Origin: Amphiscolops sp. MND2022
Taxonomy: Eukaryota
Direction of reading: 5' to 3'
Assembly (NCBI GenBank): GCA_964187785.1
Contig: OZ076409.1
Span: 94,118,001-94,182,000, forward strand
DNA length: 64,000 nt
In this document: one piece after another, positions 35,401 to 48,163 of the stretch
Numbering within the stretch: position 1 is the first letter of the stretch
How the letters are laid out: every line of letters starts with the position of its first letter
The notes under the pieces: model-generated
The model's input: the letters and a program-made list of their open reading frames with translations, nothing else
Told to the model about the DNA's origin: nothing
Databases searched by the model: none
Made by a program: the position numbers and the translations under genes

Positions 35401-36456
35401 AAACCAATCAAACAAATGTAACACCCAAAACAAACGTCACTGCAACGTACCACACACCATTCCAACCAGAGGCCAATCACAAATAAACAACTCACCTGTC
35501 TGTATCTGCCGAGCAGTACGCTCCTCTACCGTCGAAGCCAACTGACGACCCAGCTGCATCATCTCGGGTGACACGGGAGTTGCCGAGAATGATACGTCTT
35601 CTGCCCCACTCCAACCACTCAAGGTAGCATCAACATCTGCGACCCGTGTTGTCCTTTTCAATTTCGGAGACGATTCCATGAACTTCACGCTCGTCTTCCG
35701 GAATGGAAACACTTTCGAACCTACAACACAAGAGTGATAAGAAATGGAAAACAGAAACCAACAAGTTGACAAAAAAAAAACAACAACAACAACAAAAGAA
35801 ACCAATCACACAACTTACAGACTGGCGTATCCTCCTCTTCTACAGCTCTTTCTTCTCCTGTGGAGGTGGTAGCAGCCTCACCTTCATGAGGCTCCACACT
35901 GACATCAAAATCGCCCGGAACTACTTCGGACAAATCAGGAGGAACTGCAGAGGAAACATCAATGCCCGGAACTACCTCGGACAAATCAGGAGGAACGGCA
36001 GAGGAAACATCAATGCCCGGAACAACTGAAGACTCAGTAGTAGGACAAGCGGGAAGCAACGATGTCAAAGCATCATTGATGGACTGCTCAGGAACCAGCA
36101 CTGAAGTCACTGGAGGCAGCTTCGAAGAAGAACCCAGCGAAGATAACCCCACGGGGGTAGCAGATGTCCCACCCGTAGTGGTAGCGGAAACAACAGCCAA
36201 GGAAGTTCCAGGTTGAGTTACTGAAAATCAAGATCTGGTTCAGACGCGTCAGAGTTACGGGTAAGACTATAAAAGGCTGATCACCAAAACAAAAATAGTC
36301 CTACTACCCAAGAAGTCAGAAAGATTTTTACCAACCTGAAGATGTAACTATAACTTCCGTTTCCGAGGGATAAGCGTCGTCTTCAGTGAAGCAGAAGTTA
36401 GTCTCATGCCCACTGAGAAAACCAGAGACATCAGGAGGAACAGCGTTTTCACTCAT
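32405..36456 (-). CDS. Antisense 7-exon gene, copy 2. Exons 36456-36336, 36220-35819, 35720-35496, 35386-34809, 34635-34015, 33940-33859, 33705-32405
   Basis: Same splice sites as copy 1; the only length difference found (extra A, 35771-35780 run) lies in predicted intron 2. Confidence 0.82.
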
Positions 36457-37048
36457 GATCAAAAGTGACAATAGCAAATGCCAGCGAAATCTAAAAAGGG
36501 AAAAGAAATCAACAAAATAGAAATCACGTCGAGTAAAAGTTGACACCCTAAAAGAAATCATTAACGTCATCCCTACGTAATTGAAAAATCATCTAAACTT
36601 CAACTTCAGTGAAAGCCCATTACGGCAGTGACGGGACAAAACGTTCCAAAAAGCATACGGATGAATAAAAGATTCATCAAGGAGCTCTGAAGAAAAGATG
36701 GCATTTTGAAAATTACGGAATATGAACGTAGAACATTCGAGAAAAATCAATGACGTCATCGCGCCATTAAACAGAAAGAAGAAAGAAGATAAAATTGGAA
36801 GATTTTCTATGAGTTTCAACCAATCACTGCGCAGATGAAAGAAATCTCTTTTCTTAACTCGGGACGCACCGGAACGAAAACGGAAAAACCGACCAATAGA
36901 ATTTCAATAAAAATTACGTAAGAAAGAATTTGAAACGGTCATTTGTCGTCCAATCTTCATAAAGCTTGACCAGCACAATTTTCTTAACGCACAATCATCG
37001 CCAACAAGGAAAATCCTTGATATAAAACAATCTGAAATTCTCAACAAG

Positions 37049-37954
37049 ATGAACGGATATAGCTTGGTTATTGACATCTCTTCTGATGAGGAAAGTAATC
37101 GCACGAGCACTCCGCTGAAAACGCTGCCACTGAATACGGTAGGAACTCTAAGTGACTCCTCAGTCGAAGTTTACCGCGGGAGTGACGCAGACTTAGAGTC
37201 TTCTTTTGGTTCCGATGTCTCCCCGAGGAAATTTGGGCCCACCCCCAAAAAGAAAAAGAAGTTCGGGCGAGTCACGTTCAACTTGTCAGCAGCCAATTCG
37301 GACACAGATGACTACTACGAAGAGCCACCTTCCCCGCAGGAGCAGTCCTCTCGGGCAGAAACCGCGTCCACTCCGAAAGGTAAAATTCCCTTGCTGGGAA
37401 ATGAAAGAATACCGAATACGGTCAGGCTGAATGACCTAAATGAACCCCCGCTAGCTGATCTGGACGCACTATACAACTTAGATTTAGAAGACCGTCAGTT
37501 CTCCCCAACCGCCAGACGTGACCGTGGCCTGAAAGCAATGGAATGCCCCAGACAACCCCCATTCTTACCCCGCAGGAAGGAAAACGTTCCCCCTACGGAG
37601 GGAAAAGAAAAATGCAATTGTACATTGGGCAACTCGAGCAAACCAAGTGGGCCACCCGAATTTTGTCCTGCTGTATGGGCGCAAATAGAAAAGGAAAGTC
37701 ACGAAATGGAAGAGGAAGAAAAACTCATAGCCAAGATGAAGGAGGGCAGAGGTCTTGCTCGCGGCAGGCGCCTACACAACGGACGCCCCCCAATCATTAT
37801 CCGAAAAGAGATCCCGCACTGCAACGCTCTACCCTTGTCTCTTGGTTCAAGAGGGGCCCTGTCACGACCCGCTCCCGGTCGTAATTTCTACTGCTGTAGC
37901 GGCATACCCGGCTTTGGAAGAGGTCGAGGACAAGGCCGAGGTAAACTCTATTAA
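37049..37954 (+). CDS. Accessory 301-aa ORF, copy 2
   Basis: Two amino-acid differences from copy 1 (N/S, A/P); intact. Confidence 0.7.
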   Translation: MNGYSLVIDISSDEESNRTSTPLKTLPLNTVGTLSDSSVEVYRGSDADLESSFGSDVSPRKFGPTPKKKKKFGRVTFNLSAANSDTDDYYEEPPSPQEQSSRAETASTPKGKIPLLGNERIPNTVRLNDLNEPPLADLDALYNLDLEDRQFSPTARRDRGLKAMECPRQPPFLPRRKENVPPTEGKEKCNCTLGNSSKPSGPPEFCPAVWAQIEKESHEMEEEEKLIAKMKEGRGLARGRRLHNGRPPIIIRKEIPHCNALPLSLGSRGALSRPAPGRNFYCCSGIPGFGRGRGQGRGKLY

Positions 37955-40204
37955 ACTAATTTTAAAACTAATCTAAATTCTACTTACAGTACAGCTAAAT
38001 CGATTGCAGATAATTTTCCAAATACAAAACCTAGCGTAAACGTTACGGAACACTTTTCAGAAATGATTTTTAGCTAAAACTTCCGGTCAAATATCCCCTG
38101 CGCGTGATAAGATTTTTCATTTCCGGTATGATCTTCTGATTTCCTGCCATACTAATCTAAACACTAAAATGAACATTTATAATTGGGATCATTCTTTCCA
38201 CTGGTCCACACTAAAATGAAAACATTAAAATAAAATTCAATTCCGAGATCCCAACGGAATTCATACAATCTAAAATGAAAAGGAACAGACAAATAATAGA
38301 GCGGAATTGTTTTCCAGAGATGAAGTGGTTGTCAATATTCACTTAAAAGCACAGCCAAGTGATTTAGGCAAATATTTACAACGCTATGGCAACGTCAATC
38401 TACTGAGCTAATATTAGGAATTTTGCTTCTACGGACCGATAACGTCACTCTATTGATAGAACTATTCTTAGCTAAGTCGAATAGAATCAATTTCGGTTGC
38501 CCCTAGCAACACCAATTGGAATAAGAGGAAGAGAATGAATTCACCTACGCACTCCTCTTTCTCTTCGCTTGGTGCGACAGCTAAGCTATGAGCAATCTCA
38601 ATACGTACGGAACACTTACGGAGCGGATTGTAAAATTGTATTCCGCTGTTCTGCTATAGATAATCTTAATACGTAGCACCTACGGAGCGAATTGTAAAAT
38701 TGCAAATGAAAAATACTGCTTCAAACGAAATCCAAACGAAGCCTTTTAAATCGATGCATTTGAAAGATTTAAGAGTTATGATTTTACATAAGGAAAACTG
38801 TACTGTAAGGAAGAATGATAGAAAATTGCAATGGTAATTTTATGTTCTGGATTTGTATCATCATGGTAAATCACTAAAACACGTTGACATTACGCCCTAC
38901 TTAGTTCCTCTTTAAGGGAACAAATCTACTTGATTTACTACGGCATTCAAAATATATTAATGATAATCCTAACGTAGGACGTAAGGTCAACGCCAATTCA
39001 TAGGCTCCAAGCCAGTAGTGACAGTTGTATTTCATGATAATGACAATCGGGCTAGTGATCAGACTTCGATTATGTTTTGATAAATTTCATGATTATTGTG
39101 CAAAGTGTTGAAGTTGCTTTCCGTTTATTATTACGAATATGTTGCGCTCATCTTTGTTGTATCTCGTTAAAGTCCCGTTTGGACTTAATTTGTGTTCAAT
39201 GTAAACGATATAGCATACCATTAGCAGGTAATTCATATGTTTGAATTTGAGATTATAGTTTCAGCATCGTTTGTTCCTTTATACCAAATTTCCATGTTTT
39301 TCCTCCGCTTCCAAATTGATTTATTCCGTCGTCATTCCGTCACCATTTTTGAGTGTCATTCTGTTGCTTCGAATCTCAGCTTCCCAAATTGGAAGTTGAC
39401 TAATTGTTCATGCCGGCGTGCTTGCGCTGATGGAAATGCAAGCTAGACTTTTATTTTACCGCAATTTTGAGACTTAAACAGGAAATGGAATTGCCTGAAC
39501 AAAAATGATTTCGACAAATTTTACGGAACGCTGACGCAACTAGGAGTTTTGATGCCTGATTTTACGACGCGGGACTGAAATGATATGAATCATTAGCGCT
39601 TTTTGTTGAACAAACCCGATTTTTGTGATACCTAGGAATTTTTAGGTGAGGAACAAATGATGCTGGGAAAGTATAAATATGTAGTACATACATGTAAAGT
39701 TACAATTTTGACTTGCCTTGTGACAATCAGTTTTGTTCCGTTACTATAACGTATTCAAAAGAAAACTTAAATCTTTGAAGAATTCAACTTTTCCAAAGAT
39801 ACCTTCTCTCCCTCTCTCGATCAAAATGACAACTAGAAGCCAGAAGAGGAAAGCTGTAGCTGAGTTAGTGTCAGGAGATTTCGAAGCTTCCCTGAATGAG
39901 AATGGCTCTATTGAAAACCTGATACCTAGTTCTAGTAAAAATCCTAGACTCGAGCTTGAAAACTTGGAGGAAATGAAAACAACTCTGAGAAAAGAAATAA
40001 TGACTGATCTAACAAAGATATTAGCCGAAAATCAAAAGGAAATGCTCAAGTTAATAGCACCAACGAACAAGAAACACACAGTTAGTTCGAACATACAAGA
40101 TTCTGATTCTGACCAAGAAAACATCTCCGTAACAGGAACGTCCACCCCAGTCAAGACACGAACTGCGACTAGTTCTAAAACAACACCGAACAATAGTCGT
40201 AACA
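37860..40204 (+). repeat. LTR 3 (3' LTR)
   Basis: Preceded by PPT, followed by TSD GAAGG. Confidence 0.95.
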
Positions 40205-40248
40205 GAAGGTTACCTACAGCAGCGAAGCTTTCGCAAATGAAACGCTAA
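39826..40248 (+). other. Gag N-terminal segment encoded by the 3' LTR, reading into host flank
   Basis: MTTRSQKRK...NNSRN followed by flank-derived RRLPTAAKLSQMKR*. Confidence 0.7.
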
Positions 40249-42616
40249 ATTGTGTGGTGAAAATGTTTGTAATTTCGTGATGGTTTGTTATCAGATGTTA
40301 GAATACGAGCGACCAACTAACAAATCAAACCCAGGTTGACCCTCTTACTAGCATCTGGGCTGTCTTGGCAAGATCTTGCCAAATTCTTACTACATCTTGG
40401 CAACCATCGATCCCATGGCAAGATTCTTATTAAGATCTTACTAAGATATTACTTATTCCAAGATCGTATCTTATCACGATGGACAAAATTTTAGGATTAT
40501 AAAAAAACACTATACCTTCAGTACAAGCAGCCGAGACTCAATCTAAAGGCTCATTTCACCCAACAACGACTATTTCTAATCGTTTTCATAATCAAAATGC
40601 TTGAACCTGCTGAAAAAATTTTGCATGCAAAAATGCGTGAAACATTACGATAACGTAGTCTGGCTTCCGAAATTTTGACAAGAATCCTAATAACTGCTCA
40701 CCTGTTTAAGACCAAATGAAAGGTGATTTCAAGGGCTTTCCAAAACTTGTAATTTATCACTCCTGTCGATTTCAGAGACAAAGAAATATACTCTCAAACG
40801 TCCAGACCCACTATCGGAAAGTTACAAAGGAAAGACCTTAAAATTCGGAAATTTTAGAATGAGCCTGTTTCAGCAGCCTTATTACTGCTAAACGGCGGTC
40901 ATTGCACTAATTTGGGTAATGATTCAGCCTGAGGCTTTTCTGACGCCTTTGTTGGCGACAGTTTTGCAATTGAAAGAACAATTTATCCAGTGGTCTTCCT
41001 AAATAAATATCTCTTCAATCAAATTTTATACATTGCTAACAGAAATTTTAATGTCTAACAATATAAATCTGCAGAAATGTCAGAAATGTTGATTTTTGTT
41101 GACTTCCTTTCAGATTTTTTCTTTCCAAATCGGATTTTACAATAAAAGTTTTCTTGGAAACATGGCTCTCTTGATAAGATCTTACCATGAAATCTTGCAA
41201 TTCTTGCCAATATCTTGTTTGTTTTTTAAGCAATTGGAGGAATGTGGGTGTTTATAGTTCTACTTTTTCACCCTTCAGCTCAACCAATCCCCCCTCGTAA
41301 CGAAACTTCCAATCAGAGTTATCTTTACGTTTATCAGCCAACTAAGACACCCAAAACATATACCCTAGGAGGCAAAAGAAAAAATGTGAGTTTGGTTGTT
41401 GCCATACATGTCCCTGAAGATTAATTAAAAACAAGGAAGAACTCAAACCTCTTGCAAGAAGCGAGAAGATCAACAGGACTCTTGTGAAATTCTTGGTTGC
41501 CATCTCCTAGACTGGTTCCGACTGTAAACAAAGGTAAATTTGAATCAAATTAAGATCGTCCTAACAACGGTATGTTTTATTTTAGAAAGACTGATTGTTA
41601 CAATGGTGCTTGAGAGGAATTTTTTGAGGAAAGTGTCTAATTTTGGAAGATTTTTGAACTAGTAAGGCAGTCAATATCCAAAACGCAGCACTTGTTACGT
41701 CAATTACTAAACTAAACAGTTCTCGTTAAAAAAATTTTCTGCAAACAACGCAGCTACTGCAGTATTTGACTTCGTTTTATCTTTTTTGCTTAAATCAGAA
41801 AGCAGTTGAAATGCCCTTAATTTGTTTTTGTCATTTTTTGCTCGGTGTTCTGAAGTGATTTTGAAGAGTGAGTATCATGATAAGTTTGGTCTTAGATCGA
41901 ATTTTTGAAAAGCACTAACTTTGACAATGAAGTTGCACGAGTTTGCGAAGCTTACGAATCAGAAATAATGAAAGCAGAGAAGATTAATTTTTGTCAGTGA
42001 GCAAAGCAAGCCATGAAAAATTCAGTTTTGAACAATGAAATCATTCTAGAAATTTTCAAGTTTGAGGTCCACAAAGTTAACAAGTAAACATCCATTGGAA
42101 GTTTACTCAACTTTCAATATTTTTGCAAGCGCTAACACAATTGTAAGCAAATTTCCTTCGTGAAGAAAAATATTTCATTAATAGGAGACTTTTATATAGT
42201 TGTCAATACTTAGGGGATTATCTCTACAACTGTTTGGACACTTCCAGCAAAAAATGACCCTATTTTTTGACATTATTGTCCAAAATAGGAAACATTCACG
42301 CTTGGAACAAGCTAAAATCGTATAACAAGGCGTATATAAAAAATGGTATTTTAACGCAAAGTTTCCCGCCACAAAATATAAAGAGCGACTTTTAACTGTT
42401 AATTATTGCAACTGATAGGATTACATTGACATCAATTCTTTTGTTGGACCAAAATTTCAAGAGTAACAATGTTTTTGAACTTTGTTTCTTGTTTGCCGTC
42501 CGCTGCCGTAAGAAACATGGGTAAGAAACATGGTCCGCTCCTTGCCACGTTTTTCAGTAGCCCTTGATTTACTATGAACGAACCATGAGATTATTTCACG
42601 ATTATATTTTCCAGCT

Positions 42617-45110
42617 AAGCTTTTCAAAGTTTCGATCTCGGTTATGCGATGATGGAAGCTGCAGCGTGTCATGATTCGTGCCAAGTGCTGGCCGGAAAAA
42701 TTAAACAGACGCTTCATTCAAGGTGATTCGGCGAGAACGTGATTCCTACACATCAGTCGCCGAAGAAAGAGACTCGACAATATTACCCAGCACCAGCATA
42801 TCAACGAATCATAGATTTAGCGGCCGCGCTGACATTTTCAGCGATTCATGATAGCGGCAACTAATTGATTGTTAACACTCACACTTTCCGTAGAAAAACA
42901 CGGAGTAATAAAATGAATATCGAAGAGTTCCAACTCTTACACTTGTAAAACACCCAGTATGGGAACTTTTTTTCTAATCTTTTTTTACAAAATATGAATT
43001 AAGTTTATCATTGAATTTTGAAACAAACTTGAAATCAAGTATTTCATATTTGAAGAAAAAAGTTTCCAGTTCCAAACCCATTCCGAAATTAGCGGTATAG
43101 CGATTAGCGACAAAATATATCGATTGTTGCAGGCCCCGTGAAGCTGCGAAGACAAAAGCGACAAAGGAGTGTCTGAGGTGGAAAAATCATGGAAACTGAC
43201 CGGAAATAACCCGGAAAGAAATAGAAAGAACCTGAAATAACAAACATCAAACAATCATCAGCTGAAGTACCTAAATTTTTATACGATCACTTAATGATAA
43301 AAAAACTGATGCGCAGTAAATAACTACATATATATGTGAACAATTGAACAGTAATAATTGTGGGAGTTTATTTGCAATCCAACAGCGAGCGTTGACTGAA
43401 ATTGATTAGTGACTGCGTTGACTTGAGTGCTGCCTCAGCGGTAGTAGCAAGCAATACCAGCCTTCGTTGATTTAAATTGTTAACCTGTCAGAAGAAAGCA
43501 CAGGTATATTAAATAAAATGAGTAGCTGTGTCAGACATTTTAACCGATTTGAGTCAAATGCCTAGTCAACTGAAAAACGAATCTGATTAGTCTGCGCTTT
43601 TAAACCATGAGATGCTGCAATACTTTAACCCGTGTACAGCTATGAAAGGGCTTGAAGTTGGATTAGGAGGACATTGTGAATCAGAGAAATGTGTTCCATT
43701 GTTGTTATGTTGTTGTTTTACTGTCTATTTTATTTCATTTTTGAGTCAATGTTGCGTTTAGATTTGAGGCCACGTACCGAATTTCAAGGCCTGGGTATTT
43801 ACCGAAATCTTATGCATTACCGAAATGACTGAATTAAATAGCCATTTTTGTCAAGTGATGTGATGGTTTTAACTGTATATAATAATTACTCAGTGTTACC
43901 TCACTTATAACTTCACAATTGCTGTTCGAACGGTTGAATACCCCAATTGAAAGATGCTTTGTGTATAGTATTCTGAGTCACCAACATAGTCAATCAAACA
44001 AGTATCTTGGATTTGAACTAGTTGCCTCACGTGTGACCAGGTTTTTTGTTGTTTAATGTTACCTCAAAGACTAATTGCAGGTAGTGATTAATCTAGTATT
44101 TCAAGGGTTTCAATTCGGAAATTCAGGACATTTTGTTGTTGAAATTGTTAAAAGTCCCACTTTTTCCTCGATGTAAAATTCTTTCTCGCATCAGTAGCTA
44201 GGTTCAGATCTTCACTGCCAACTTCGGCATTCCAAATTGGCAGGGAAATAAGAACAAGGGACGCGGAAATGACTCGGCAGGAAGTTGATTCCCACTTTTC
44301 CTTAAAATTGGGGTGATACTGAGCACTAAGAAGGCTTACTTAGTTTGGATTTCTTGAAAAACGTGTGAAATTCAATCGATAATTCCCGAGTGTCTAGCGG
44401 TGCAAGTAGCTGATGCAGGACTAGGAAAAACACATTTTTGATTTCCGATTATTCTTTGCAGTTCTGAATTTTCCTAATTTTAATCTCAAATTTTGATAAA
44501 ACTGTGGATGTAAATTGCGTCTGTAATCCCACTTTGGATCTTTTGATTGTTAAATTTTGTAAAGTCATGAACGGAGCGTGAAGTTACTTCGCGAATATAC
44601 TTTCCGTCTAAGCTTTTCAAACTTTCGATCTCGGTTATGCGATGATGGAAGCTGCAGCGTGTCATTATGCGATGATGGAAGCTGAGCTGGAAGCTCACCA
44701 AGTGGTGGCCGTGAAAAATAAAAATAAATAGACACTCCAAGCTACTTCGGTGAAAACGTGATTCCTACAGTTCAGTCGTCGGAGAAAGAGACTCGACAGT
44801 ATTACTCAGCACCAGAAGTTCGACCCAGCATATCAATAAATCATAGGTTTAGCGGCCATGCGGACGTGTTTCAGCGATTTTTCAGCAATTCATAACAACG
44901 GCAACTAATTCGAAAGAGGTTGTCAAAATTCAAAAATTCCGTAGAAAAAACACGTAGTTTCCAAACGAATTTAGAACAATTTCAACATTTACACTAGTAA
45001 AACAAACAGTATGAAAACTTCTAGGCTATTTCGCAAGGTATGAAATAGAATATTATTTGAATTTTGAAACAAACTATAGTTCAAGTAGTTAATACTTTCA
45101 AGGAAACGTT
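42617..45110. repeat. Two diverged copies of a ~450-bp interspersed repeat (~42617-43060 and ~44610-45110)
   Basis: Shared blocks AAGCTTTTCAAA.TTTCGATCTCGGTTATGCGATGATGGAAGCTGCAGCGTGTCAT, AACGTGATTCCTACA and AATTTTGAAACAAACT; a second shared block ~44140-44320 / ~45130-45270. Boundaries approximate. Confidence 0.7.
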
Positions 45111-45480
45111 TCCAGCGCTATAGCTGTTGTCGAAATTGTTAAAATTCGCATTTCTCCTAGATGTTAAGTTTTTTCCTTGACGTCAGTAGCTAGGATCAGA
45201 TATTCGGTGGCAGTGGCATCGTCGGCCTTCCGCTGGAAGTTGATACCCACTTTTTTGTAAAAAAGAGATGACACGGTAAGCCGAATCGCAACTGTAAACC
45301 AACTTTGTGTTCCATGATTGTTCAAATGCGTGAAATCTTTTCCATTTCTGCATAATATTTGCTGATTTTATTGCATTAACATTGCAACGAGCTATATATA
45401 CCATAACGCGAGGTTTAAAAGACAATAAGCAAAAGACTTTAAAAATTGCTACTCTTCTACCAGCGTTTCACTCAAAAAAC

Positions 45481-46000
45481 ATGCCAGAGTAGACCAACAA
45501 AAGAACATTGAGAAAGGAATGCCCAGCGGAGACTAGAAGAAAAACTGATCTTAGCGATCAACAGAATGGGGAAATTCCAACTTGTCGGAGAAAGACTTCG
45601 AAGACATCACTAATAAGATTGAAAAGTTCTCTAAGAGGGCAAGGGGAAATTCTACGACTAATCGAGAATCTGTTCCTGAAGCTCGACAGCGTAACTGAAT
45701 GGAATCTAGGTGCTCATACTTCAAATTGAGGTCAAAACTCGCGAGAAGGTTCGTTAGAGGGAAATGCCCACAATCGAGAAGATCCACACGGAGTAACTCA
45801 ACAAGTCCTTTACGACATGGTGACAGATGTTACTAGCGAACCACATGCTTATGCCGATACTTGCTCATCTAGTTCGCCGCCCTTATCAGAGAGATTCAAA
45901 TCAAATCGGCCCACACCGTCTTGTGAAGGCCTTTTCAACAAAAAATATTAGTGAGTAAGACCGAAAAGTTTGAGCAATGTAAAGATCTGTTTCGAACCCG
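45481..46000 (+). pseudogene. Decayed LTR-end/PBS/gag relic related to element 1
   Basis: ...TACGACA|TGGTGACAG at 45817/45818 mirrors GTAACA|TGGTGACAG; SKTEKFEQCKDLFRT near 45954-45998 mirrors gag GKSEKFELFEDLFRN. Confidence 0.65.
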
Positions 46001-46179
46001 TTTTATGGGGAACAAGACATACCGGTGACATTTTGGCGGTAGACGTTTTGGATACGACACTGTAGCTGAAACGTCTTTGTCGCCGAAACAACTTCTAAAA
46101 AGCTAAAAACAAAGATACCTTTTCATAGATACCTCTGCTACATTAAAACGTACCTCGGATATGTCCCCATTTCCTCTTG

Positions 46180-46636
46180 TGTACCGCGGCCCCATGGGGC
46201 CACTTGTCATCCCATCTTGCTAAGTGAGGTCGAACAGGAGGAAAGACCTAGCCGGAACGGAGATCGCGAAGCAATCGCAGTTTGAGCTGGTCTTTTCAAC
46301 AGTGAGGGCGAGCGTGCATACACCGTAAAAGACCCCATATTAGATGGGGGAAAATACTGAAATTATTTGTGCTGCTTTTAATGGTTGGTTATTGTTTTTG
46401 ATGGTCTTATACGCAACTACTAAAAGCGGCTGAGAGACAGGCTAGCTAGCTTACTTTATTACAACTATTCCGAGGTGTTAGGAGTAGAACAAAAAGGAAG
46501 TCAACTGAATACTGATTATTAGTTTTCTCTCTCTGAAGGAGTAGAGATTTACAATCATTCAATAACAAATAAATGTACATTCTAGAACATTCTATAAACA
46601 TCTAAATACTATTGGTTATTAATGTAGGTCAGTACA
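46180..46636 (-). repeat. Candidate 3' LTR of element 2 (~457 bp)
   Basis: Termini TGTACCG...CAGTACA (6/7 inverted). On the minus strand it is preceded by purine-rich AAAAACCGGGATGGA and contains CCAAT (~46611), TATA-like TTTATAGAA (~46591-46599) and AATAAA (46455-46460) in order. No second copy in the window to confirm. Confidence 0.5.
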
Positions 46637-46735
46637 TCCATCCCGGTTTTTAAATAAAATAAAATTTTAAAGTAGCATCATTAATTGAAATGAAGAAAAA
46701 ATTTTTTGTTTAAATGTTCTTAGCGTTTCAGCTAG

Positions 46736-47143
46736 TTAACATTTTTCATTTGATGGATGATTGGCATAAGTCTCGTTAAAAGTGGAGTAAGTTCGACTCA
46801 TTGGTGTACCTCGAATTGTCAAAATTTTGATTGACACCTCGTAGGTGCGACTACAGTTCAAAAGCGTCAAAGTGTTCTTTTTCACTATGCTTTCGTCGGC
46901 TTGTTTTTTGAACTGGTAGATGCTCAATTTTATGCTTCTGTTGAAGTTTTGAATGAACTTCGCATTGAACAAACGTGAGCAAACATCATACGAGTTAGAG
47001 ATCAAAGAGTCAAAGAAATAATATTGTTGAGAAAAAATTTTTTCGAACGTGAAATACGTTTGAAAAGATTTCAGGTTGTAATTAACTTTGGCGGGTTTGT
47101 TATGTAACAACTGTTGAAAACTTTGAGAATTTGGGTCTGTCAT
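46736..47143 (-). CDS. Accessory ORF (135 aa) just upstream of the candidate PPT/LTR
   Basis: ATG-initiated, same strand as the element. Confidence 0.45.
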   Translation of the reverse strand: MTDPNSQSFQQLLHNKPAKVNYNLKSFQTYFTFEKIFSQQYYFFDSLISNSYDVCSRLFNAKFIQNFNRSIKLSIYQFKKQADESIVKKNTLTLLNCSRTYEVSIKILTIRGTPMSRTYSTFNETYANHPSNEKC

Positions 47144-47686
47144 TATTCGAATTTGATCTGAACAAAGTGCTTGATCTGATTTGGAGCTGGTTTTGTTGAA
47201 ATTTGAAAAGATTTGTTGATAATATTTGTGAATTTTTTGGATAGGATAGCACCGAAAAATAATAATTATTACTAATTATTCTTTAAAAATATAGCAAATA
47301 AATATCCGTACGGGTGTGAATAAACGATTTTTGGGCAAATAAATATAGGTGGGGATGAAAATTGAAATAATAACTACATAATGAACAATTTAGATGAGAG
47401 TTTGAATTCTATGAAATATTAGATGAGTTTGAAACTTTTCGAAATGTTATCATGCACAATGTTTTTCTTTGAGTTTTCTTTATTAATACTTATCGATCAT
47501 CTTTGGCTGAGCATGTGGGTGACGATGGACGATTGGAAGATGGAAGAAGAAGGGTCAGCAGATGAATGAAGATGGGCAACTGTTGGGCGGCGATGAAGTT
47601 GAAGATGGGTGCTGATCTGTTGCTCGTTGAAGATGTGGAATTCGAAGATGGGAGTAGACGGGTGCTGTTGGTGGCGTCTGTTGATA

Positions 47687-48163
47687 TTAGAAGGAAACGT
47701 AAGTATATGTTTTGTGTGGGTAATTATCATCTATAAGTGCTTCTGGGGGATCTTTTTGAAGGTCTTCGTTAGTGTCATCATTGTCATCTGAGGGCCAATA
47801 CGAATTTAGACGTTGTTTTTCCATTTCGGAACGCATTCTATTGGATAGAGTTCGTATTAAACGCTTGGGTTTGATGGTAGTATGTTTTGTTTGGGTAGTG
47901 GCATCCTTTCGAGTTGAATAAGTGTCAGGATGTTTATGAATATGGAGATATTGGTCGAAATTTATTCTTGTTATTTGGAATATTTGGAACATATTAAGCA
48001 ATATCATCCTTGTAAGATGTGGGTCTGCCTTTTTTTCTGTTCGGAGCTGCGCATTTAATGTCGTTAAATGCTTTTTCAGGATCAAGGATCGCAATCGAGC
48101 TGAAGAGATTGAAAGAAAAGGAGCTATCGGGCAGTCCATGTCGCCAGAGTGGATAGTTGTCAT
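47687..48163 (-). CDS. Accessory ORF (158 aa), unknown function
   Basis: ATG-initiated; basic middle, acidic tail. Confidence 0.45.
   Translation of the reverse strand: MTTIHSGDMDCPIAPFLSISSARLRSLILKKHLTTLNAQLRTEKKADPHLTRMILLNMFQIFQITRINFDQYLHIHKHPDTYSTRKDATTQTKHTTIKPKRLIRTLSNRMRSEMEKQRLNSYWPSDDNDDTNEDLQKDPPEALIDDNYPHKTYTYVSF

Larger units (their letters stand above)
9314..40204 (+). mobile_element. Element 1: tandem dimer of a Ty3/Gypsy LTR retrotransposon (LTR-internal-LTR-internal-LTR)
   Basis: Three 2345-bp LTRs with TGTCACGAC...GTCGTAACA termini; 5-bp TSD GAAGG at 9309-9313 and 40205-40209; PR-RT-RH-IN domain order; periods 14274 and 14272 bp. Confidence 0.97.
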
